A DNA stretch of 64,000 nucleotides from a bacterium (GCA_018335295.1 JAGXKI010000002.1:2643-66642); one strand, 5' to 3'; shown: positions 46,736-56,525, counted from the stretch's first letter. Notes: a model not told the origin generated them from the letters alone. Numbers and translations: made by a program.

Positions 46736-48427
46736 ATGTCCGCTTCGCTCCTACTCATTTTCGCTGTTCTTTTCTTTGTAGGGGGATATATCCTTTATGG
46801 AGGATATTTATCCAGAATACTGGGACTGAACAGGAAAACTCTTACCCCCTGCCATACAATGAAGGATGGAATCGATTATGTTCCGGCCAAATGGCCTGTT
46901 CTTCTGGGACACCATTTTGCTTCGATTGCCGGAGCCGCTCCCATCATCGGCCCCATCACCGCGGCGGTCTTTGGATGGATCCCTGTATTTCTTTGGATTG
47001 TTCTCGGATCTGTTTTCATCGGGGCAGTCCATGATTTCACTTCGCTGGTAGCCTCAGCCCGCCATAAAGGTCGATCCATAGGAAAGGTGATTGAACAGCA
47101 TATCGGAATTGAGGGCAAACGCCTTTTTTTGATCTTTGCCTGGTTCACCTTGGTCCTGGTGGTGGCAGCCTTTGTCATCCTGGTGGCAAAGACGTTTGTT
47201 TCCACTCCCGAGGTGAGCACAGCCTCTTTTCTGTTTATTGCCCTAGCTGTGCTTTTTGGATTTTCCATCTACCGGATGAAAACCTCTCTGGGCATAGCTA
47301 CCCTGGTGGGGGTTTCTCTTTTAATCCTCTGCATCTGGGCTGGAAATGAGTTTCCGATTGTGTTCTCAGGAACAGCGGCCCATGGACAGATGATATGGAC
47401 CTGGATTATTCTCGGCTATATCTTTATCGCTTCGGTCACTCCGGTGTGGATCCTTCTTCAACCCCGCGACTATTTAAACTCAAACCTTTTATACCTGATT
47501 TTGATTTTCAGCTTTTTCGGAATTCTCATTGCCAACCCTTCCATTGAGTTTCCTCCATTCAGGGGATTTGTCCAACCTCAATTGGGCTTTCTCTTTCCTA
47601 TTTTGTTTGTCACCGTGGCCTGCGGAGCGATTTCTGGGTTTCACTCACTTGTGGCTTCCGGAACTACCTCGAAACAGCTGAACTGTGAGCCGGATGCACG
47701 AACGGTGGGGTATGGAGGGATGCTTATTGAGGGTCTGCTGGCCATTATTGCCTTGATCACAGCGATCATCTTGATCCCTTCTGAGTATCAAAACTTTTTC
47801 CCTAAAGGAGGGGAAGCCAACCCCATTACTCTCTTTGCCAACGGCGTGGGAGGATTTGTATCTAAGCTAGGGATTCCTCCTAAAATTGGCATCATTTTTG
47901 CTGCCATGGCTGTGGCTGAATTTGCTCTAACCTCTCTGGATACAGCCACCCGGTTGGGCCGCTTCACTTTCCAGGAGTTTTTCAGATCAGAGAATCCTTC
48001 CTCTTTTCAAAATCTCATGACCAACCGATTTGTGGCCACATTTTTCACTATACTCCCGGGTGGAATTTTAGCCCTTACTGGAACCTACCAAGCCATTTGG
48101 CCTATATTCGGCTCTGCCAATCAGCTTTTAGCCGCTTTGGCCCTCCTAGCCGTAAGTGTGTGGCTGGCCAAAAAACACATCCAGAACCGGTTCGTGAGAT
48201 ACCCCATGTTCCTCATGTTCGCTATCACTCTCTCAGCCTTGGGCCTCCTGGTTTATAAAAAAAGTTCTCTTCTATTAAATTACTTCACTCACCAACCGGT
48301 TCCCCCTGGGTTCAACCCGACGGGAACATTTTTCCTCCTTCTCATCGCTTTACTGCTTTTGGCTGTGGCGGTGGTACTTGTCTATCAGGCCTGGAAAAGC
48401 CTGAAAGAACTCAAAACCCCTTCCTGA
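46736..48427 (+). CDS. cstA: Carbon starvation protein A (peptide/pyruvate transporter family)
   Basis: CstA N-terminal signature (GAAPIIGPI...GWIPVFLWIVLGSVFIGAVHDF) and many TM helices. Confidence 0.9.
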   Translation: MSASLLLIFAVLFFVGGYILYGGYLSRILGLNRKTLTPCHTMKDGIDYVPAKWPVLLGHHFASIAGAAPIIGPITAAVFGWIPVFLWIVLGSVFIGAVHDFTSLVASARHKGRSIGKVIEQHIGIEGKRLFLIFAWFTLVLVVAAFVILVAKTFVSTPEVSTASFLFIALAVLFGFSIYRMKTSLGIATLVGVSLLILCIWAGNEFPIVFSGTAAHGQMIWTWIILGYIFIASVTPVWILLQPRDYLNSNLLYLILIFSFFGILIANPSIEFPPFRGFVQPQLGFLFPILFVTVACGAISGFHSLVASGTTSKQLNCEPDARTVGYGGMLIEGLLAIIALITAIILIPSEYQNFFPKGGEANPITLFANGVGGFVSKLGIPPKIGIIFAAMAVAEFALTSLDTATRLGRFTFQEFFRSENPSSFQNLMTNRFVATFFTILPGGILALTGTYQAIWPIFGSANQLLAALALLAVSVWLAKKHIQNRFVRYPMFLMFAITLSALGLLVYKKSSLLLNYFTHQPVPPGFNPTGTFFLLLIALLLLAVAVVLVYQAWKSLKELKTPS

Positions 48428-48436
48428 AATTGGGGA

Positions 48437-48510
48437 CACAATACCCATTTCCTAATATTTTGAGAGGTTCTTCTCTTGATTGCGGAATTGATTCTTAAAC
48501 TCAGTTTTGG
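48437..48510. repeat. Complete copy (B) of the MITE-like element, bounded by terminal inverted repeats at 48434-48444 and 48546-48556
   Basis: Left arm GACACAATACC, right arm GGTATTGTGTC (perfect 11-bp inverted repeat, extended imperfectly to about 18 bp). Internal blocks shared with 3918-3990. Confidence 0.5.
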
Positions 48511-48597
48511 TGCTGTTTTTCAATAAACAGAAAAAAGGGGGAATAGGTATTGTGTCACCGGTTTTTCTTGATTATTTATACAATATGAGATGTTAGA

Positions 48598-49407
48598 TCA
48601 GAAAGAGTTTAATTCGCTCTTTGCCCCACTGCCATAATCAAGCAACTCTATTTCATAATTGTATCTATCCATACCTTTCACCTCTGAAGATTCTTCTTCC
48701 GCACCTTCGTGGTCGTATATATATTTAACTATCCTGCCCGGCACATCATCGCTCAAAAAGAAGTGAACTCTACTGGCAGTGGCATAATCATTATATCTGA
48801 CGTGTTTGGCGGTAAATGTACCTGCGGGAACTTTTATAGTTTCTGTCCCCAGAGTTGCTCCTTCTATACTTTCTTCCGTCAGTTCGCTGGGTGCCGTGTA
48901 ATACTGATGCTTCTCCACCGGTATCTCTCCGGGTTCCTTATCCGGAAATTTTGCTCTCATTCTTAGTAGATTACCTCTATCAGGGGAGAACAAACTTTCA
49001 ATAATGACAGTATCCTCACTTTGCAAATCATAAAATTTTACCTGCCACCATTCATTCCCCTTATCTGTTTTCTTAAGGAATGCTTTTGTAAATTCATAGC
49101 TATCATCTTCACCACTACCTCCTGTCCATTTTGTCCAATCTCCTTCTTCATAGGTAAAATCTTCAATCCAGATTCCTCCCGAACCGTATGCATAACTCAT
49201 AATATAAGAGGTATAGAGGCGCATAAAATTCGGGGTATAACTTCGGACAATAGCTTCACCGACTTTCTCTCCCACAGCTTCTCCCACAGTTTCACCCGCA
49301 GTACGTTCAGCTGTATCCACCGCTGTACTTACCGCTGAACAACCAATTCCAAAAATAGAAATGAGTAGAAAACCAAGAAAAACTTTCAGGGGCACATTAA
49401 ATCTCAT
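48598..49407 (-). CDS. Hypothetical secreted protein or lipoprotein
   Basis: Signal peptide ending ...FGIGCSAV. No recognisable domain. Confidence 0.5.
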   Translation of the reverse strand: MRFNVPLKVFLGFLLISIFGIGCSAVSTAVDTAERTAGETVGEAVGEKVGEAIVRSYTPNFMRLYTSYIMSYAYGSGGIWIEDFTYEEGDWTKWTGGSGEDDSYEFTKAFLKKTDKGNEWWQVKFYDLQSEDTVIIESLFSPDRGNLLRMRAKFPDKEPGEIPVEKHQYYTAPSELTEESIEGATLGTETIKVPAGTFTAKHVRYNDYATASRVHFFLSDDVPGRIVKYIYDHEGAEEESSEVKGMDRYNYEIELLDYGSGAKSELNSF

Positions 49408-49514
49408 AGGACCTCCTTTTTATATGCTATAAATTTGTGATAAAAATTCCCGCACTCGAAAGAATTTACGGTTCACCTTCAGAGCAAATCTATTTGAAAT
49501 TCCTTTTATATTTT

Positions 49515-49535
49515 TAATATAAAGATTGAATTCAT
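49515..49535. promoter_or_regulatory. Conserved motif copy (taatataaagattgaattcat)
   Basis: See the motif finding. Confidence 0.35.
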
Positions 49536-49544
49536 TTTGTCAAC

Positions 49545-49715
49545 TTATATTCCACCAAAATTAAAAGTAGCCAAGGGGCTAATTTTATAAAGCTGCACTC
49601 GCTTTAATCCTAACAGTTCCCAGACTTTCTCTTGGGCAATTCGATGATCGTTAAAAGCTTCCAAAATATTTTCCACAAACTTTTTGGAAAGTCTCTTGTG
49701 GATTTGTTTGCTCAT
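49545..49715 (-). CDS. Small HTH-like protein (56 aa), not in the supplied ORF track
   Basis: Hand-translated as MSKQIHKRLSKKFVENILEAFNDHRIAQEKVWELLGLKRVQLYKISPLATFNFGGI. GGAGGA Shine-Dalgarno sequence 9 nt upstream. Divergent from the PPC lipoprotein gene. Confidence 0.4.
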   Translation of the reverse strand: MSKQIHKRLSKKFVENILEAFNDHRIAQEKVWELLGLKRVQLYKISPLATFNFGGI

Positions 49716-49915
49716 GGTAAAATATCCTCCTTATGAGATGTTTACCATGAGTTTGCTAGATACTGAAATTTACCCCCCTTGTCTACTTTTGTTTTTCGCA
49801 TAACGTCTACTTTTGATATTGACGTAACAAGGTACTTTTAAAGAGTTGACAAAATGAAAAATACCATTAAATTAGTAAATAAATTATTAATCAGAAAAGG
49901 TAAAAAGGAGGAATT

Positions 49916-51067
49916 ATGAAGAAGTTAGTATTATTTACTCTGACTGGATTGTTTTTGTCTGCCCTCTTAACCGGTTGCGGTGGAGCGGGAGGTGAAGGTG
50001 GAGAGAAGGAACCCAATAATTCGATTGGGGAAGCAAGTGCTGTATCGCTAGAAAAGACATTCCCAATTACTATTAATCCAGAGGGTGATGTGGATTGGTT
50101 TAAAGTCGAACTTCCGGAACAGGGGTACCTTAAAGTTCAGGCAGGAGAGGTTCCCGAGGATTTAGGCCTTAAGGTTTCTTTTGCGGTTTATGAAGAATGG
50201 GAGGGCGAAAAAGAGAAAAAGTTAAGAGGATGGAATGATTTGCCGGATGCTGTTTCCATCCCGGAAGAAGGCACTTATTATTTTGCAATTAAAGATCATC
50301 ATGATGATGCTTTTTCAAAAAAGCCTGTTAATATAAAAGCTGCTTTCGTTAAAGAGTTTGACTCCTGGGAACCCAATGATTCTCCGGAGGAGGCAGCGGA
50401 GGTAAAAGTTGGTTCGATAATAAGGCCAGCTATCTTTCCGGCTGGAGACCAGGATTGGTTTAAGGTAAGTGTTAAGGAACAGGGATATCTTCGTATCCAG
50501 TCGAAAGATATTCCTGAAGGAATAACTCCACAAGTCCTTTATGCCACTTATGATGAATGGGCAGATCCAAAGGTGGAAAAAATAAGGAGCTGGAGCCGTT
50601 TGCCTGATGCATGTTTTGTTCCTGATTCTGGAGATTATTTAATCAGGTTACATGATGATCATGACAATGAAGGCAGTGAATCAACTTTTGATTTAAAGAT
50701 TGATTTCTTAGAAGAGATGGATGAAGCTGAACCAAATGATGAGTTTGAGAATGCAAAATCCGTAAGTCGTGGAGATACACTGACGGTAGCTATTTTCCCT
50801 AAGGGAGACAAGGATTACTTTAAAATTAAGAATGATAAGGGAGAAATGCTTAAACTCAAAGCAGAAGGTTTCTCCGAGGAAATTGTTCCTGAAGCGAAAT
50901 TATTTATCAGAGATGAGGAAAATCCGGATAAATTGAAAGAAGTGAGTGATTGGAAGAAGTTACCTGGTAAGTATGAAGTAAAAAAGAGCGAAGAATATTT
51001 CATACTTCTGCACGACGACTATGACAATAAAGGTTCCTCTAAAACTTTTAAGCTCCTAGTAGAATAG
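49916..51067 (+). CDS. Lipoprotein with three tandem PPC (pre-peptidase C-terminal)-like domains
   Basis: Lipobox LLTGC. Three repeats of about 115 aa, each starting EPN(D/N) and containing GDxDW(F/Y)K. Confidence 0.7.
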   Translation: MKKLVLFTLTGLFLSALLTGCGGAGGEGGEKEPNNSIGEASAVSLEKTFPITINPEGDVDWFKVELPEQGYLKVQAGEVPEDLGLKVSFAVYEEWEGEKEKKLRGWNDLPDAVSIPEEGTYYFAIKDHHDDAFSKKPVNIKAAFVKEFDSWEPNDSPEEAAEVKVGSIIRPAIFPAGDQDWFKVSVKEQGYLRIQSKDIPEGITPQVLYATYDEWADPKVEKIRSWSRLPDACFVPDSGDYLIRLHDDHDNEGSESTFDLKIDFLEEMDEAEPNDEFENAKSVSRGDTLTVAIFPKGDKDYFKIKNDKGEMLKLKAEGFSEEIVPEAKLFIRDEENPDKLKEVSDWKKLPGKYEVKKSEEYFILLHDDYDNKGSSKTFKLLVE

Positions 51068-51122
51068 TTTTTTGAATCGGTTAATGGTGCTTAAAGGAAA
51101 ATTGGAATTTTCAGGGAAAAAA

Positions 51123-51198
51123 TGGCTCCTCGGGAGGGATTTGAACCCCCAACCTAGTGGTTAACAGCCACCCGCTCTGCCGATTGAGCTACCGAGGA
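51123..51198 (-). tRNA. tRNA-Asn (anticodon GTT), CCA encoded
   Basis: Manual fold gives a 7-bp acceptor stem (TCCTCGG/CCGAGGA), D arm GCTC-AATCGGCA-GAGC, anticodon loop CTGTTAA, T loop TTCAAAT, discriminator G, 3' CCA. Confidence 0.85.
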
Positions 51199-51259
51199 GC
51201 AAGGCATATTTAATTTAGCAGAAAACACCGGAAATATCAATTAGGGTGAGCCTTTAAAA

Positions 51260-52006
51260 CTAAAAACGGTAGCTTCCTTGTTTGAATTCTTTGCGGTAGT
51301 CCTGACCCCACATCTTCACCACTTTGCACATCTCATAGATCCGGGACCTCAGCCGTATCCCGATCCTGTCAACTAAAGAGTCATCTTTATCTTTAAACAT
51401 AGAAACTCTTTGGTCTTCTTCTTCTTCCTCATAATCCAAATAATTGGAAGTGAATATGGTGAGCTTTTTTTGATTATACCTCTTGTTGATTATATAAAAA
51501 ACAGTCTCCTCAACCCAGGCTGTGGTCCTTTTGGCCCCCAATTCATCTAGAACCAGTATTTCTTTCTGGAAAACAGGGGTCAGCACATCAAACTCATTCA
51601 ATGAAGAATCCCGGTTGTAGCTTCTCTGTATATCCCGGATCAATTCCCGAAAATCACAGAAATAACAGGGTACTCCCTTTTTATCTATGCATTCCTTGAT
51701 GATAGCGATAGCCAAATGAGTCTTTCCCACACCGCAGGGACCGATAAAGAGCAAACCCACATCCTGCACAGGATAATTTTTGATGAACTGTTTGGAAATT
51801 TTCAACGCATGACGATGGGATTCGTTATGAGTCTCGAAATTTTTAAAGCTGCAGTCCTGATATCTTTTAGGAATATGAGCCTGATCCAAAAGGATGTGAC
51901 TCTTTTGTTTTTTAAAACAGCGGCATCTTTGAGCCACCATCCTTCCCTGGACCTCTTTCAAAACCCATCCTGTACCCCCGCATTCAGGACAGACTTTTTT
52001 TTCCAT
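51260..52006 (-). CDS. DnaC/DnaI/IstB-family AAA+ ATPase with N-terminal zinc ribbon (helicase-loader-like)
   Basis: CPECGGTGW...RCRC zinc ribbon. Walker A GPCGVGKTHLA. Walker B LVLDELG. Start overlaps the sigma-factor stop (ATGA). Confidence 0.75.
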   Translation of the reverse strand: MEKKVCPECGGTGWVLKEVQGRMVAQRCRCFKKQKSHILLDQAHIPKRYQDCSFKNFETHNESHRHALKISKQFIKNYPVQDVGLLFIGPCGVGKTHLAIAIIKECIDKKGVPCYFCDFRELIRDIQRSYNRDSSLNEFDVLTPVFQKEILVLDELGAKRTTAWVEETVFYIINKRYNQKKLTIFTSNYLDYEEEEEDQRVSMFKDKDDSLVDRIGIRLRSRIYEMCKVVKMWGQDYRKEFKQGSYRF

Positions 52007-52857
52007 CAGTTGAGATATCCTCTCAATTGTTGGAGTTTATGAGAACGAGCCAATTTTTTCATTCCTTTTTGTTCGATCTGTCGTATCCTTTCTCTGGTTA
52101 AATTCAATCTATTCCCGATACCTTGGAGCGTTTTCGGTTCATCATCCTCCAGTCCAAATCTTGATTTTAACACAAATGATTCCTTATCATCCAATTCTTG
52201 GAGCATTTCTCTGATCTGCTTCTGAATAGCATTTTTTATAATTTTGTATTCAACCGAAGGAAACATTTTATCTTCTATCCGGTCCCCTATCTCCACGCTC
52301 TCATCATCATAATATTTATCACTCAACGAGACATCCCTTTCTGACAAAATCTCCAGGTCTTCCAATTCATCTCTGGACAGCCCCATATATCGAGCCACTT
52401 CTTCCCGGGTGGGTTCACGGTCCAATTCTTTTTTCAAATGGGAGCGGGCCCTCTTCATCTCTGATATCCTGTCAGAGAGCTTTTGAGGAATCCGGTAGAT
52501 TCGGGATTGCTGAGTCAAGGCATGAATCACAGCCTGTCTTATCCACCACACCGCATAAGAAATGAACTTAACATTCCTCCGGGGATCATACCTTTGAGCC
52601 GCTTCAATCAGTCCTAAATTTCCTTCATGGATGAGCTCCAATAAACTCAATCCCATCCCTGTGTATTTTTTTACATAGGAGACAACAAACCTAAGATTGG
52701 ATTCCACAAGTTTCTTAAGGGCGTTCTTATCCCCTTTCTGAATGAGCTTGCCCAATTCTTTTTCGTCTTTGAAAGTAAGGGTTGGAAACTGTGAGATCTG
52801 CTGGATGTAGTGTTTAAGATTTTTAAATTCGAGGGAATCTTTAAAATCACTTTTCAT
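52006..52857 (-). CDS. Sigma-70 family RNA polymerase sigma factor (no region 1.1; group 2/3-like)
   Basis: Region 2 (LIHEGNLGLIEAAQRYDP...FISYAVWWIRQAV), region 3 and region 4 (LTRERIRQIEQKGMKKL). Start overlaps the hspR-like stop. Confidence 0.8.
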   Translation of the reverse strand: MKSDFKDSLEFKNLKHYIQQISQFPTLTFKDEKELGKLIQKGDKNALKKLVESNLRFVVSYVKKYTGMGLSLLELIHEGNLGLIEAAQRYDPRRNVKFISYAVWWIRQAVIHALTQQSRIYRIPQKLSDRISEMKRARSHLKKELDREPTREEVARYMGLSRDELEDLEILSERDVSLSDKYYDDESVEIGDRIEDKMFPSVEYKIIKNAIQKQIREMLQELDDKESFVLKSRFGLEDDEPKTLQGIGNRLNLTRERIRQIEQKGMKKLARSHKLQQLRGYLN

Positions 52858-53303
52858 TCTTCTTCTTCTTCTTCTTCTTCTTCTTCTTCTTCTTCTTCTA
52901 ATCTCTCAATCTTCATAATTTTGGTCGGGCTGATCCGGATGATGGAGTTTTTCTTCCTTTCAAATTCCTCTTCTTTTCCTTCATAAAACTCCTTCCTCAC
53001 ATATTCCAGAAAGTTGTTTACTTCAAACTCCATTTGCTCCATCTTTTCTCTCATATTGAGTATCACTTCCACACCTGCGAGATTCACCCCTAATTCTCGA
53101 GTTAAATTGAGTATGACTTTGAGCTTTTCCAAATCTTTTTCTGTGTAAAGCCGGGTATTTCCTTCACTCCGAATGGGGTTTAAAAGCCCTTCTCTCTCGT
53201 AGAGCCTCAGAGTCTGAGGATGAACATTGTATATCTTGGACACACTGGTGATGTGGTAATAAGCCTTGGGCTCTTTTTTTTCTTTCTTTTTCCTTTCTTT
53301 CAT
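52854..53303 (-). CDS. hspR: MerR-family heat-shock repressor, HspR-like, with C-terminal poly-Glu tail
   Basis: MerR HTH (YHITSVSKIYNVHPQTLRLYEREGLLNP.R...RLYTEKDL). Located directly after dnaK-dnaJ. Confidence 0.7.
   Translation of the reverse strand: MKERKKKEKKEPKAYYHITSVSKIYNVHPQTLRLYEREGLLNPIRSEGNTRLYTEKDLEKLKVILNLTRELGVNLAGVEVILNMREKMEQMEFEVNNFLEYVRKEFYEGKEEEFERKKNSIIRISPTKIMKIERLEEEEEEEEEEEEEE
52857..52898. repeat. Trinucleotide microsatellite (TTC)14, which is (GAA)14 on the coding strand
   Basis: Uninterrupted run read directly in the sequence. Encodes the poly-Glu tail of the hspR-like protein and overlaps the sigma-factor start codon. Confidence 0.85.
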
Positions 53304-53304
53304 A

Positions 53305-54435
53305 TCAATGAACCCCTAAATTTTCTCTCGGATTCTGAGAAGAGGCTTTTTTCAATTCTTCCATGAGTTCTCTAATTCTTTCATCATTAAAGGGAGGAGG
53401 AACAATGGAAACTTCCACAAACTGATCTCCCTTGACCTTCCGTCCAGGAACAGGAGCTCCTTTCCCTTTGATCCGGAATTTCTGTCCTGATTTGGTTCCG
53501 GGGGGAATTTTAATGGTGGTTTTTCCGTAGAACGTGGGAACATTTATTTTTGCCCCCAATGTAGCTTCGGGAACCGTAATGGGAACCTTTAAATAGATAT
53601 TAGGGCCCTCTCTGCGAAACAGGGAATGAGGGATGAGTTCAATGGTGATAAACAAATCGCCTGGAGGTCCTCCCCCCAGACCGGCATTCCCTTTTCCAGG
53701 AATCCGAACTTTAGAACCATTGTTAACCCCCCCAGGAATCCGGACACTGATCAATTCAGTTTTCTGCACAAGCCCATTCCCATAACAGGTAGAACACTCT
53801 GGACCTTTGCCCGTTCCTGCTCCTCCGCAAGAGGGACACGGAGTGGAAAATCTCATGGCTCCTTTATGGATTGTGGCGTGACCGCTCCCGCCGCATTTCG
53901 GACAAACCTGCTGTCTTCCTTTCTGGTAAAAACCTTTACCCTGGCAATCGGGACAAGACACCAACCGGGTCAATTTTATCTTGGTTTGGACTCCGTGGAT
54001 AGCATCAGAAAAATTCAGCTTCATAGTGTAGTGGAGATCTTCACCTCGAGCAGGTTTCTGCTGTGTCCGCTTGAAAGGTCCCCCAAAAATGCTTTCGAAG
54101 AAATCCTGGAAGGGAGAGGTTCCGAAACTGGAAAAATCAAACCCTTCAAACCCTCGGGAATAGGAGTATTGAGCTCCTCTCCCAGCGCCAGAACCGCCAG
54201 CGCCCGGAGGAGGAGCTTCTCCTACGTGCCCATATTGGTCGTACTGCTTCCTCTTCTTGGGATCACTCAGGACCGAATAGGCTTCCTGTATCTCTTTGAA
54301 CTTAGCTTCTGCTTGTTTATCCCCAGGGTTGAGGTCAGGGTGATACTTCCGGGCTAACTTGCGGTAGGCTTTCTTAATCTCGGAGGCTGAAGCGTCCCTG
54401 TTCACTCCTAAGACTTTATAATAATCTTTAGCCAT
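53305..54435 (-). CDS. dnaJ: Chaperone DnaJ (copy 2, hspR operon)
   Basis: J domain (DYYKVLGV...HPDLN), G-rich linker, CxxCxGxG repeats. Confidence 0.9.
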   Translation of the reverse strand: MAKDYYKVLGVNRDASASEIKKAYRKLARKYHPDLNPGDKQAEAKFKEIQEAYSVLSDPKKRKQYDQYGHVGEAPPPGAGGSGAGRGAQYSYSRGFEGFDFSSFGTSPFQDFFESIFGGPFKRTQQKPARGEDLHYTMKLNFSDAIHGVQTKIKLTRLVSCPDCQGKGFYQKGRQQVCPKCGGSGHATIHKGAMRFSTPCPSCGGAGTGKGPECSTCYGNGLVQKTELISVRIPGGVNNGSKVRIPGKGNAGLGGGPPGDLFITIELIPHSLFRREGPNIYLKVPITVPEATLGAKINVPTFYGKTTIKIPPGTKSGQKFRIKGKGAPVPGRKVKGDQFVEVSIVPPPFNDERIRELMEELKKASSQNPRENLGVH

Positions 54436-54482
54436 CCGCGACCTCGGTCTTCATCGACAAGCTGGTTTAAATGTTCAATTAG

Positions 54483-56462
54483 TCAGCTTTTCTTTTTATC
54501 TTCATCATCCACAACTTCAGCATCTATGACATCTCCTTCTTCTTCCTTTCCGCTTTGACCTTGACCTTGTCCTTCACTGGAACCTTGTCCTCCACTGGAG
54601 CCTTGTCCTCCACTGCCCTGCTGCTGTTGACCGCTGGAGCCTTGTTGCTGCTGTTGTTGCTGAGAAGCCTGCTGGTACATCATCTCTGATAACTTATGGG
54701 AAGCTTGAGAGAGGGACTGCATGGCTTGTTTTATCTCATCCACATTTTCATTTTCGATGGCCTTCTTGGTGTTATCGATTTCACTCTGAACCTTATTGGC
54801 TTCTTCCTCTGAAATTTTATCTTTATTTTCTCTTAGAAGTTTCTCCATATTGTAGACCATTTGGTCAGCCTGGTTCTTGGTGTCGATAAGTTCTTTTTTC
54901 TTTTTATCTTCTTCGGCATGAGCTTCGGCGTCCTTTTTCATCTTATTGACTTCTTCTTCACTGAGACCACTGTGACCGGTTATAGTGATAGCCTGCTGTT
55001 TTCCTGTACCCATATCTTTAGCGGAAACATGAAGGATACCGTTGGCATCGATGTCAAAGGTGACCTCAATCTTAGGCACTCCTCTCGGTGCGGGAGGAAT
55101 GCCGTCCAGATGGAAACGGCCTAAAGATCGGTTGGCATTGGCCATTTCTCTTTCTCCTTGCAGCACATGAATTTCCACACTCGGTTGATTGTCCGAAGCC
55201 GTAGAGAATATCTCTTTTTTCTTTGTAGGAATGGTGGTGTTTTTTGGAATCATCTTAGTAAACACTCCACCTAGAGTTTCAATACCTAAGGTCAACGGGG
55301 TAACATCCAGAAGAAGAACATCCTTGACATCTCCTGAAAGCACGGCTCCTTGAATAGCTGCACCCACGGCTACCACTTCGTCAGGGTTCACTCCTTTGTG
55401 GGCATCCTTGCCAAAAATGTTTTTGACCAACTCCTGAACTTTGGGGATGCGGGTGGACCCTCCCACCAGGATGACCTCATTGATATCGTCCTCTTTATAT
55501 CCTGCTTCCTCCAGAGCTTTTTTACAAGGCTCTTTGGTTTTCTCCATCAAATCTTCCATAAGCTGTTCGAGTTTAGCTCGGGTGACTTTCATCAGCAAGT
55601 GTTTGGGACCTGAAGAATCCGCCGTAATAAAAGGAAGGTTGACTTCGGTCTCTTTGGTGGTGGAAAGTTCAATTTTGGCTTTTTCTGCGGCTTCTTTCAA
55701 CCTCTGAAGAGCCATTTTATCTTGGGATAAATCAATTCCACTGTCTTTCTTGAACTCAGATACGAGATGGTTCTGGAGTCTTTGATCAATATCATCTCCA
55801 CCCAAATGGGTGTCTCCACGGGTAGATTTTACTTCCACAACACCTTCTCCTACTTCTAATATGGAAATATCAAACGTCCCTCCACCAAAGTCATAAACAG
55901 CGAGGACCTGATCTTTCTTTTTGTCAAGACCGTAGGCCAGAGCCGCGGCGGTGGGCTCATTGATGATCCGATCCACTTGAAGACCCGCAATCTGGCCTGC
56001 ATCTTTAGTCGCTTTCCTTTGACTGTCATTGAAATAAGCGGGAACCGTGATCACGGCTTTCTCCACTTTCTCTCCCAAATAGTCTTCAGCGGCTTTTTTC
56101 AGCTTCCTCAGAACCATGGCAGAGATTTCAGGAGGAGCATACTTCTTGCCCAATGCTTCCAGCCTAACATCTCCCTTCTGGTCTTTAGATACTTTGAACG
56201 GGACCTGTTTGATTTCTTCGGCAACCTCATTGTACCTCCGCCCCATAAACCGTTTTATGGAGAATATTGTATTTTCCGGATTGGTTACTCTCTGCCTTTT
56301 AGCCACTTGTCCGACTAACTGCTCTCCTTTTTCATTAAAGGCCACCACAGAAGGGGTGGTCCGACCTCCTTCTTCATTCTGAATGATAGTGGTTTTATTG
56401 CCTTCATTCACGGAAACAACTGAATTAGTGGTACCTAAATCAATACCTATTATTTTTGCCAT
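54483..56462 (-). CDS. dnaK: Chaperone DnaK, full length (659 aa, Q/G-rich tail, acidic C-terminus)
   Basis: Complete Hsp70 ([20 protein letters not shown], lid helices). Confidence 0.95.
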   Translation of the reverse strand: MAKIIGIDLGTTNSVVSVNEGNKTTIIQNEEGGRTTPSVVAFNEKGEQLVGQVAKRQRVTNPENTIFSIKRFMGRRYNEVAEEIKQVPFKVSKDQKGDVRLEALGKKYAPPEISAMVLRKLKKAAEDYLGEKVEKAVITVPAYFNDSQRKATKDAGQIAGLQVDRIINEPTAAALAYGLDKKKDQVLAVYDFGGGTFDISILEVGEGVVEVKSTRGDTHLGGDDIDQRLQNHLVSEFKKDSGIDLSQDKMALQRLKEAAEKAKIELSTTKETEVNLPFITADSSGPKHLLMKVTRAKLEQLMEDLMEKTKEPCKKALEEAGYKEDDINEVILVGGSTRIPKVQELVKNIFGKDAHKGVNPDEVVAVGAAIQGAVLSGDVKDVLLLDVTPLTLGIETLGGVFTKMIPKNTTIPTKKKEIFSTASDNQPSVEIHVLQGEREMANANRSLGRFHLDGIPPAPRGVPKIEVTFDIDANGILHVSAKDMGTGKQQAITITGHSGLSEEEVNKMKKDAEAHAEEDKKKKELIDTKNQADQMVYNMEKLLRENKDKISEEEANKVQSEIDNTKKAIENENVDEIKQAMQSLSQASHKLSEMMYQQASQQQQQQQGSSGQQQQGSGGQGSSGGQGSSEGQGQGQSGKEEEGDVIDAEVVDDEDKKKS

Positions 56463-56500
56463 TGATTTTCCTCCTTATTTTTAGTCTATACGCAGTATAA

Positions 56501-56525
56501 AACTTGAGCCTCAGTTTGTCAAGTT
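56501..56525. promoter_or_regulatory. HAIR-like inverted repeat AACTTGA-N11-TCAAGTT upstream of dnaK(2)
   Basis: Contains CTTGAG...CAAG. Resembles the HspR operator consensus CTTGAGT-N7-ACTCAAG. Lies 38-63 nt upstream of the dnaK start. Confidence 0.5.
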
